Below are positions 1 through 8,002 of a stretch of DNA of 64,000 nucleotides, in pieces. The DNA is from Dehalococcoidia bacterium (GTDB taxonomy: Bacteria > Chloroflexota > Dehalococcoidia > UBA2979), in assembly GCA_964291495.2 (NCBI GenBank), contig OZ219871.1:800001-864000 (forward strand). The letters are read 5' to 3'. Every line of letters begins with the position of its first letter. The first letter of the stretch is position 1. Position numbers and translations under genes: made by a program. The notes under the pieces were generated by a model. It was not told the origin of the DNA. It saw nothing but the letters and a program-made list of their open reading frames with translations, and searched no databases.

Positions 1-226
1 TCGCCACGAGGATCTGCGGCACCGACACGGCGAAGTCGAGCGCGACCTGGCCGAGCACGTGGATCGTGATGATCACCGCCGCGAGGTGGAGCCTCGCGTC
101 CCGGATGCTCGGGAGCACCACCGGATACGAGCGGCTGCCGACCCGGAGCCGGCGCTCCGGCGAGGCGGCGCCGGCCGCGAGCGCCTCGTGCGGCGGGGCG
201 GCGGTCGGCGGGGCGTAGAGCGACAC
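1..226 (-). CDS. Membrane protein, 5' part only (possibly RnfD/NqrB/UnbU-like); runs off the window
   Basis: Manual translation from GTG at 226 with an AAGGA RBS gives ...YPVVLPSIRDARLHLAAVIITIHVLGQVALDFAVSVPQILVA, a hydrophobic sequence; family call tentative. Confidence 0.45.
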   Translation of the reverse strand, partial: MSLYAPPTAAPPHEALAAGAASPERRLRVGSRSYPVVLPSIRDARLHLAAVIITIHVLGQVALDFAVSVPQILVA

Positions 227-658
227 GGCTGGTTCCTTCGTCCAGCGCCGCCTCGCGCCAGCTCTCACGGTCGAAGCGACCGAAGGCCCCGCTCGAACGG
301 CATGAGCGTAAGCCTATTGGTCCGGGTGGGCCGTGCGCATTCCCGTCGTCTCACAGTGTGAATCGTGGCCGGGGATCTGCGCACTCCGGGCTGGGTACGC
401 TGCGAGCCGGGACACCGTTCCGTAGTGCGAAACCGGGCGCGGAGGGGGGGTGATAGCGTGGAGCCCGGAGAGACCCGACCAGCGGAGGGAAGAGGCGAGG
501 ACGACTTCCTCGACGGCCTGGACGTGCTCCCCGGCTTCTCCTGCGCGGTGCGCGCCGTCTTCGGGGGGTAGACGCGCGGGCCTCGGGCACGAGCCCGGCG
601 GCCGGACGAAGTGCATGCAGGCGCCTCGCCTCAACAGGAACAGGGGAGGGAACACACG

Positions 659-1771
659 GTGAAGATCACCGACGTCACGGTCACCGAACTCCGGGCCACG
701 CCGGATCGGGAGCCACCCGCCGCGGCCGGCCGATTCATCATCCAGGTCCACACCGACGAGGGGCTGACCGGCATCGCGGAAGGCAAGGGCAACGCCGCCG
801 TGACCCGGACCTACCTCCACGAGCTGATCAAGCCCTTGATCGTCGGCATGGACCCGCTGCGCCCGCGCGGGATCTGGGAGGCGCTGCGCCTGGGCGTTGT
901 GTTGTTGACCCGCTTCCCCACGCAGGTCGTCGGACCCATCGACGTCGCCTGCTGGGACATCGTGGGCAAGGCCGCCGGGCTCCCGTTGCACGCGCTCCTG
1001 GGCGGCGCGCTCCGCACCGAGATCCCCCTCTACTGGAGCCGGGGCAACGGGTGGCGCAAGAATCCAGAGGAGATGCTGGAGGAGGTCCAGGAGGGATACG
1101 AGCGGGGCTTCCGCGCCTTCAAGATCCGGATGGATTGGCGCGACAACCGGCAGGACGGCGACCCGGCCAAGGACTTCGCCATCTTCCAGCGTTGCCGCGA
1201 GTGGCTGCCCGACGATGTCCCGCTGAGCTTCGACGCCAACTGCGGCTATTCCGTGCCCACCGCCATCGAGCAGGGGCGCCGCTTCGAGGAGTTGGGCATC
1301 GCCCACTTCGAGGAGCCGCTGCCGCACTACGACCTGCCGGGGCTGCGCCAGGTCGTCGACGCGCTCGACTGCGCCGTCTCCACCGGCGAGGGCGAGACCT
1401 CGTCCTGGCGGTTCCGCGACCTGATCCAGATCGGCAATCCCGACATCCTCCAGCCCGACGTGATCATCGTGGGCGGCCTGACCGAGATGCTGCGCGTCTT
1501 CGAGCTGGCCGTCGTGCACAACAAGGTGCTCATGCCGCACAGCCCGAACATCGGGCCCAACGCGGCGGCCAGCCTGCACGCCTACAGCACGGTCACCAAC
1601 GCCGTCCGGCCGCACGAGTTCTCGGAGGAGTTCACCGGCCCCGCCGAGGTGGTCGGCGAGATCTACCAGGAGCCCCTCATCCCGGAAGGCGGCGTGATCC
1701 GGCTGCCGGACCGGCCCGGGCTGGGCCTAGAGATCGACCAGGCCGCCCTGCGCAAGGCCGCGGTCGATTAG
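659..1771 (+). CDS. Mandelate racemase/muconate lactonizing enzyme family (enolase superfamily)
   Basis: GTG start after GGAGG; N-terminus KITDV...VHTDEGLTGIAE; DVACWDIVGK; KxR, DAN, EEP, GE and QPD metal-ligand motifs. Confidence 0.9.
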   Translation: MKITDVTVTELRATPDREPPAAAGRFIIQVHTDEGLTGIAEGKGNAAVTRTYLHELIKPLIVGMDPLRPRGIWEALRLGVVLLTRFPTQVVGPIDVACWDIVGKAAGLPLHALLGGALRTEIPLYWSRGNGWRKNPEEMLEEVQEGYERGFRAFKIRMDWRDNRQDGDPAKDFAIFQRCREWLPDDVPLSFDANCGYSVPTAIEQGRRFEELGIAHFEEPLPHYDLPGLRQVVDALDCAVSTGEGETSSWRFRDLIQIGNPDILQPDVIIVGGLTEMLRVFELAVVHNKVLMPHSPNIGPNAAASLHAYSTVTNAVRPHEFSEEFTGPAEVVGEIYQEPLIPEGGVIRLPDRPGLGLEIDQAALRKAAVD

Positions 1772-1909
1772 ACACAGCCCCGGCGAACAGCCCGCGCATC
1801 CTCACGACCGGCGCACGTCGGCCGCCGACGAGCCTCACGCATCACTCTGGGGGCGCGGGTGGAGGCGGCACTGCCACCTCGCTGGTGCGGAACCAGACGC
1901 CGGCGGGTC

Positions 1910-1955
1910 GGCGGGCACGTAGCGGATGGCGGGCACGTAGCGGATGGCGGGCACG
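1910..1955 (+). repeat. 18-bp tandem repeat (GGCGGGCACGTAGCGGAT) x2.5
   Basis: Seen directly in the sequence. Confidence 0.85.
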
Positions 1956-2049
1956 ATCCGCTCGCCGGCGGCGCCGCGGAAGCCAACTCGACGCGACCGT
2001 CCGCCAGACGCCGGATGCGGACCTTGCCGATGGCCACGCGCGGAGCGTA

Positions 2050-3027
2050 GAGCAGATCAAGCTGGGCCTCGGCGTGGTGATCCTGCCGTACCACCATCCG
2101 GCCAGGGTTGCGGAGCGGGTCGCCATGCTGGACCACCTCTCGGACGGACGCGTGGACTTCGGAACAGGTCGTTCAGGCACCTACGAGCTCACGGGTTTGG
2201 GAGTCGACCCTCGAGACTCGCGCGGGATGTGGGAGGAATCGCTCACTATGATTCCCAGGATCTGGGATTCCGATTGGTTCTCCTGGGAGGGCCGCTACTG
2301 GAGTATGCCGCCGCGGCAGGTGCTGCCCAAGCCCTACCAGAAACCGCACCCGCCGATCTGGGTCGCCGCCCAGCAGCCGGCAACCTTCGACATCGCAGCC
2401 GAGAAGGGCATCGGAGTCCTGGCGTTGGGCTCCAGCACTCCGAGCACTCTGGAGCCCTTCGTGCGGGCATACAAGGAAAAGGTCCGGGACGCCGACCCCG
2501 TGGGCGACTTCGTGAACGACCGGTGGGCCAGCGCCACGTTCGGTATCTGTATGGAAGACAACAAGGAGGCCCGTGAGCTGGCTGCGAAGTCCATCAGGAC
2601 CTTCTTCGGCCCCGGCAAGCCGTACATCGATCAGAAGCAGGAGATCTACAAGCAGCTTCTGGAACAGTGGGGTGGTGTGCCCAATCATCTCGAGGTTGAC
2701 TTCAACAGGGTCTTGAAGGGCGAACGCAACCCCCATCTCGAGGATTCCTTCGACCTCGCAGGCGGAGGCTCGATCCACCAGTCCATGATCGAACGGCTGG
2801 ACGCCGACACACTCGCCGATCGAGCGGTAACGATCGCGGGCGACCCCGACAGTTGCATCGAGGCCTTGAAGAAGCACGAGGCCACTGGCATCGACCAGTT
2901 GATGATCATGATGCAGACGGAGACCATCCCCCACGAACAGGTGATGAAGTCGATCGAGCTCTTCGGCAAGTACGTGCTCCCGGAATTCAAACGGTCCGCC
3001 GCGGCGCCCGCGGAGGCCACGGCGTAG
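2050..3027 (+). pseudogene. LLM-class flavin-dependent monooxygenase (luciferase-like), 5'-truncated
   Basis: IKLGLGVVILPYHHPARVAERVAMLDHLSDGRVDFGTGRS and PKPYQKPHPPIWVAA motifs; the N-terminal part of the fold (including the EHH region) is missing and replaced by low-complexity sequence. Confidence 0.75.
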
Positions 3028-3175
3028 CCGCCTCGAGCTGATCGGGGCTCGAGAAGGTGGGGATGGCGGACGACGGATTCACGCCGGACTGGGACGCGCT
3101 GACCGAGGACGGAGCGTCAGGCGAGCTTGAGGGCGCGATCCCGCACAAAATAGGTAGAGTTGGCGAGGATTTTTC

Positions 3176-3199
3176 TCACCACTGCACGAACATGGGCAT
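3176..3199 (-). other. Left att junction: displaced copy of the dnaN 3' end (MPMFVQW*)
   Basis: 20/24 nt identical to 50704-50727, with all four mismatches at synonymous third positions; similarity ends at core GGCAT (3195-3199 / 50723-50727). Confidence 0.9.
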
Positions 3200-3296
3200 C
3201 GACGCTCGACATTCACAAACCTGAGCGGGCGTACGTGCCCTTCCGGAGGACGTTTGCGCGGCCAGTCAGCGCCGCCACCCGCAAGTCCTGAGGCAA

Positions 3297-3314
3297 TCTC
3301 TCTCTCTCTCTCTC
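3297..3314 (+). repeat. (TC)9 dinucleotide tract
   Basis: Seen directly in the sequence. Confidence 0.8.
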
Positions 3315-3494
3315 GCTGGATTGCCGGCATGACGACGTGCTCGTGCAAGTAGGGTGCGCTCCGGTTCTGCGTGGAGCTGTCTCTCTGAGCGACCGAGAAC
3401 CCGTGCGCCGCTAACCTCGACTACACTTGAGACCCCGGCTACCAGTAGCGCGTCGTGCGCTGCACCACTGGTGATCACCCACTACAGAGATGGC

Positions 3495-4607
3495 ATGCCT
3501 GTGTCCAGCGACCGTAGCGAGCCGAACGAACTCGGGTCAGTCGATATCGAGTGGGGCGTCGATATGGACACGATGTCCTTCACACCCACGGTATCCGGCG
3601 CCTCCGGTCAGGCGATCAACTACCGGGGCCGTTGCCAGGGTTGTTGGGGAAGCTTGGTTGGCAGGGTCGACGAACACCATGTCTGGACGGGGATAAGGTG
3701 CCGCGTGTGTGCGGAGACTGTCGTAGGCACGAAGGCTGCTGAGGAGGAGCGCAGGCTATCGATGGAGCTCTTTGGCAACGTCTTCAGGATGGAGTTCGGT
3801 TCGGACTCGGCCTACGAGGAGGGTCCGTTCGCCTTCAAGGTGTTCCCTAGCCTAGATCGGTTGACCGAGGAAGAACTCCGATATCGAGTCGCCGCCGCCA
3901 CTTCAAGGATTACCCGGAGCCAAGCTCGGTCTCACCTCACGAGGAAGGCGTTCCCGCTCGGTTCGGCCGGCTGGCTCTTCCTTCAAGCCAAAGTCTTGGT
4001 GTCGGGAGCGCCCGCCGAGCCTAGCCTCCGCACGCGGTTAACTGTCGGCTTTCCACAGGTAGACTTTAACGATGACGGTGCAGTTGCTGCGCGGTTTGAT
4101 ACAGCAAGAATGAGCCAAGACCCTGACTCCGACAGGCAAACTATGCTCAGTGTACTGGGGTCCAACATGCGCGATGCCATGGTGTCCGCCTTCTGTTGTG
4201 AACTCGCCATGAAGGCGATCTGCCTTACCTTCGAGGACATCGCGCCCAAGTCCCATGACCTCCATGAACTCTTCACCCATCTTCCCGAACAGAGCCAGGC
4301 TCGAGTCAAGGCAGACTACTCGGAGATTGAGGCGGTGCTCCTGAGAGAGCGACAGACTTTCGGGGCGTGGAGATACTTCGAGAGGGATTCCGAGGCCAGG
4401 GGGATGGGCGCCATGATCAATCCAATCAAGGCATCGGAGCTGAGCCGGGCCGCGAGAGTGATCCTCGACGAGGCGGAAATCATGGGCCTCAGTGGGAGAA
4501 TCTCGCTAGACACGCGACAACGAGTACAAGAAGCCCACGGATCGCGGAGGTACGACAACACAGTCGACGCAAGTGTACGGGGCACCGAGCGGCCACCTAG
4601 ACCCTAA
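3495..4607 (+). CDS. Zn-ribbon + HEPN-like domain protein
   Basis: CQGC...CRVC near the N-terminus; C-terminal AFCCELAMKA...KSHDLHELF...WRY pattern typical of HEPN helical domains. Confidence 0.6.
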   Translation: MPVSSDRSEPNELGSVDIEWGVDMDTMSFTPTVSGASGQAINYRGRCQGCWGSLVGRVDEHHVWTGIRCRVCAETVVGTKAAEEERRLSMELFGNVFRMEFGSDSAYEEGPFAFKVFPSLDRLTEEELRYRVAAATSRITRSQARSHLTRKAFPLGSAGWLFLQAKVLVSGAPAEPSLRTRLTVGFPQVDFNDDGAVAARFDTARMSQDPDSDRQTMLSVLGSNMRDAMVSAFCCELAMKAICLTFEDIAPKSHDLHELFTHLPEQSQARVKADYSEIEAVLLRERQTFGAWRYFERDSEARGMGAMINPIKASELSRAARVILDEAEIMGLSGRISLDTRQRVQEAHGSRRYDNTVDASVRGTERPPRP

Positions 4608-4684
4608 TCATCTCCCGATGCCCAGCTGTCGAGGCCCCTAGCGAGACTGGCCAGCAGATCCGTGTCGCGGATTGCGATCCAACG

Positions 4685-6175
4685 TCACGCTTCCAGCCAC
4701 TCGTCAGCGAGTGCCTCAGCATGCTCAGGTCTTCCCGCCAGAATGAGTCCTACAGCTTCCCGATACGGGGCGAGCGCCCCGTCCATACTCCTTGGGTGCT
4801 GGACGACTAGGCGAGCTATGTCGCCTGGCTCGAGCTTCAGTAGACCCTGCGGATATTGCCGGACCAACTGGGCCCTCGATTCGGACGTAGTTGAGGAGAG
4901 CATCGCCAGGCACCAAGCGGCCTGCTCATCAGGGCTCGTGATCCCAGGGAACCGCACACCGTAAAGCGTATTCGAGGCTGTGAGCCCCGACTTGCGATTA
5001 AGCGCCACCCAGGGCCTCGCGACCGACATGCCCGTTACGAAGCCGTCGAACGGTTCGGGGATCGGGACGCGATACCAAGGATCGCGGTCTCTGACCTTCA
5101 TGGCCTCCCGACGGCACCCGCCTTCGTCCTCAGGAAGGTCCAGGTATGCGCGAACAGCTGCGTGCGAGAGATCTTCCTCCTCCGGCCAAAAGAGCCACAC
5201 ACGCTCGCCGGCATCCCAAAGCCCAGTCCAAGCATCTTCGTCGATCTCCGAGCCGATGATGTGCTGTGCCTTGGATACGACCGGTCTGAGGACGGAGCGC
5301 GGGAGCCCGAGCGCGAGTCGCTGGGTCTCGTTGAGCAGGAAGAAACGTGCATCCCCGGTTACAGCGCCGACGCGGATCTGAGCGATTTCGCCAAACCGGA
5401 CCTGGTTTTCAGCGAGACACGACTCGGTGGAGCGCAGCCCACTACTGGTCACCGCCAAGTCGGGCGTGCAGACGGCTTGGCTTAGTGCAGACAATGTCCG
5501 ATGTCTGATCACTTGTGCTCTGCGCCGGGGCTCTCGTCCGAAACCGCGGCCAACGAGCAAGACGGAACCGTCGGCGACTGTCTCGAACATCGGGACGGAG
5601 ACGCGGTGCACGTCGAGTTCCTCGAATGATGACTCACAAATGCTCCTGAGTGGGCTGGCGTAGTTCGCGTACTCCCAGGCAGCCGGCAGGATGTAGGCCA
5701 GAGATCCGCCAGGCTTCAGCAGTCGCATGCCGGCAACGAGGAAGGCCACCCAGTAGTTGGCTGTCGCCGAAATGCCGAACCCGTCGAGTCGTGTCTCTAG
5801 GGCCGGGCGTGACAGAGCCTCCTCGAGCTCGCGAAGCCGCACGAAAGGAGGATTGGCTATAACGCGATCAAACCGCCGGTCGGTCCGCTGCGCCCAGCTC
5901 AAGAAATCAGTACCTAGCAGGTTCTCCACGCCGATGCTGTTCAGCGTAGGTAGGTCTGCCTGCAAGTCGATAGCCAAGATCGATTCGGCGGGAACACCTG
6001 CTCGAAGAACGGCGGCAATGAGCTGACCGGACCCTGCGCTCGGGTCGAGCCAAGAGGCGGCTTCTGCCGGGCCCACGGCCCGGACCAAGGCGTCGGCCAG
6101 AAGATCAGGGGTGTCCGCCATGCCCTTGTCCGGCGGGACGGCGACAGTTCGTCGTTCCCGCTCTGCGCTACTCAT
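4685..6175 (-). CDS. N6-adenine DNA methyltransferase (gamma class, Eco57I/TaqI-like)
   Basis: Motif I LDPSAGSG precedes motif IV VIANPPF; C-terminal TRD-like region; start overlaps the upstream stop. Confidence 0.85.
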   Translation of the reverse strand: MSSAERERRTVAVPPDKGMADTPDLLADALVRAVGPAEAASWLDPSAGSGQLIAAVLRAGVPAESILAIDLQADLPTLNSIGVENLLGTDFLSWAQRTDRRFDRVIANPPFVRLRELEEALSRPALETRLDGFGISATANYWVAFLVAGMRLLKPGGSLAYILPAAWEYANYASPLRSICESSFEELDVHRVSVPMFETVADGSVLLVGRGFGREPRRRAQVIRHRTLSALSQAVCTPDLAVTSSGLRSTESCLAENQVRFGEIAQIRVGAVTGDARFFLLNETQRLALGLPRSVLRPVVSKAQHIIGSEIDEDAWTGLWDAGERVWLFWPEEEDLSHAAVRAYLDLPEDEGGCRREAMKVRDRDPWYRVPIPEPFDGFVTGMSVARPWVALNRKSGLTASNTLYGVRFPGITSPDEQAAWCLAMLSSTTSESRAQLVRQYPQGLLKLEPGDIARLVVQHPRSMDGALAPYREAVGLILAGRPEHAEALADEWLEA

Positions 6176-6938
6176 CATCCCAGGACGCATTCCAGAGAGA
6201 GTCGAGCACGCTCTTGTTGTCGCGAACCGCCGCCAAGGCCTCCCCAAAATATCCTTCCAGCAAGTGGCTCTGGGACACTCTCAGGGAACCCGTCCAAGCG
6301 GGTTCCCGCCGGATATTCTTGTAAGCGTCTGGGTAGAACGTCGCTGCGACAAGCTCGGACGCAAGGACTAGGTCCATCGGCATATGGAGCATCCGTGGCA
6401 CGGAGAGTGCTTCCGGGAACCAATGCAGTTCATCGGGCCGCGCGTTGCCGCCGACCTGAAGGTGGTAGTGCGGACCAGCCTGGCCCGAGTTCGCGAGGTC
6501 AAAGTGAACCCTCAGCATGACACGGCCGGTGTCGGGGTTGGTCTTGTGTTCTAGAGCGGGTGCATCCCACTCCTTTCTGAAGTAGACCTGGGGCTCAAGG
6601 CTCCACACGCGTATGACGACGCGCAGATCAACCGGCCGTTCGGCCGGTTCCTCCTCCCAATAGGCGCTCAAGAAGAGGTCGACACGGACATCGAGGCCGT
6701 TCACCATCGTCTTCGCGAATCTCAGGGGGTTGTTGGGACCTATTCGGAATCCCCACGGGCGCGTTGGCCTCTCACGCCGCCCCTGCTGTTGGCTCACGTC
6801 GAACGCCTCCTTGGACTCAAGCAGCATCGACTTCGCTTGTACGATCACAGCCCCGGCGCCGTCATCGAGAATCGGTCGGAATCGGCTGTCGATGGTTTCC
6901 AGGCTCTGCTGAACCTGACCCGCGGTGATCCCCATCAA
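6168..6938 (-). CDS. Hypothetical protein, DUF2290-like
   Basis: RVHFD...GPHYHLQVGG...PR..HMPMDL motif; coupled to neighbouring genes; family assignment from memory. Confidence 0.55.
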   Translation of the reverse strand: MMGITAGQVQQSLETIDSRFRPILDDGAGAVIVQAKSMLLESKEAFDVSQQQGRRERPTRPWGFRIGPNNPLRFAKTMVNGLDVRVDLFLSAYWEEEPAERPVDLRVVIRVWSLEPQVYFRKEWDAPALEHKTNPDTGRVMLRVHFDLANSGQAGPHYHLQVGGNARPDELHWFPEALSVPRMLHMPMDLVLASELVAATFYPDAYKNIRREPAWTGSLRVSQSHLLEGYFGEALAAVRDNKSVLDSLWNASWDDE

Positions 6939-8002
6939 ATGGCAGCCCGGATCTCTTCCAGGCGAGCCCTGCTTGCTGCCTCAACATACATTTCTTCGAC
7001 TTCATTGCTCTCGCGGATGGCTCTGAATGAGACGCGCGCTTCCTCCATTACAGGAGGTCGCGCATCCGGCTGATAGGGGAGCGAGGTTTCGATTCGGACG
7101 GGAACGCCGAGCACATGACACACCGTGTCGGCAGGACTACTGCCAGTCTCCTCGTCAGCGGACGGATCTAGCTCTAGGTCAAGGCTCTGGCCCGCAGCAA
7201 GGCGAAACCCCTCGCGCACTCCCCGTGCCGGATCTATGGATGCACACAATCGGCTCGCGATGTTGAAGAGAGAGTGCCGCCACCACCGCTGCTGCTCTTC
7301 CGAGAAGGGCCCTCGGTAGGTGGCGGGCTGCAGCAACACTTGGACAGCGTGCTGCCTGAAGCTCTCCAGCGAGATGCCAAGCGCTGTCGCTGCGTGTAGA
7401 TCGTCGTATAGGACTCCGGGATAGCGGAGAAGAACCGAGCGAAGCCAGTGGGCAACCTCGAACACTCTCCATCCGTCGCCTGGCGGTAGCGCCTCCAGGG
7501 CGTACCTCTGGCCAGCTTCATCTGTGTCGAGAAGTTCCAGCAGCGCCGACGCGGAGTGTTCCGGGGTACTACGCAGCGTTTGATACCCTCGGGCAAGCGA
7601 AACCAACCGCGCATGAGTACCGTCCGCGTCAGTCTCAAGCTCGGTGTCCTTGAACATGATGTCATCGAATGCCGCCCCGGTTAGGACGGTACGCTCCATT
7701 TGTGTCCACTTTCCAAGATTGCTTCTAGTAAGCAATACAATGGGTAAGTCCGGCTTTATCTCCCTTATTCGGGCGGCCAATGTCATCCCAAGGTACGGTG
7801 CGAAAGTTCCGTTTTCCTGTTTCGTATCCAACTCGTAATCAACAAGGAATAGATCTGCGTCGGCGTCAAGTAGAGGAGACATATCGAGATCAATCGGAGG
7901 TGCGAGAGGAATGACTTCAAAGTCACCAGCACAGATTCTCTCAATCAGCGCTGGAAGTGTAGTTCTGTCCTGATCGTCGACTAAGACTAGGTTGAACGTC
8001 AT
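6935..8002 (-). CDS. Response-regulator receiver domain fused to an unknown C-terminal domain
   Basis: VLVDDQ...FLVDYEL...LTR...FK receiver signature; ATGA overlap with the kinase gene. Confidence 0.8.
   Translation of the reverse strand: MTFNLVLVDDQDRTTLPALIERICAGDFEVIPLAPPIDLDMSPLLDADADLFLVDYELDTKQENGTFAPYLGMTLAARIREIKPDLPIVLLTRSNLGKWTQMERTVLTGAAFDDIMFKDTELETDADGTHARLVSLARGYQTLRSTPEHSASALLELLDTDEAGQRYALEALPPGDGWRVFEVAHWLRSVLLRYPGVLYDDLHAATALGISLESFRQHAVQVLLQPATYRGPFSEEQQRWWRHSLFNIASRLCASIDPARGVREGFRLAAGQSLDLELDPSADEETGSSPADTVCHVLGVPVRIETSLPYQPDARPPVMEEARVSFRAIRESNEVEEMYVEAASRARLEEIRAAI

Noticed and set aside
1910-1955. Short repeats as a possible CRISPR array
   Set aside because: Head-to-tail repeats without spacers; no cas genes or repeat-spacer array seen in the window
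1051-2050. N-terminal half of the 658-aa ORF 1051..3027
   Set aside because: Arg/Pro-rich off-frame shadow of the enolase-family gene; only the part after ~2050 is protein-like
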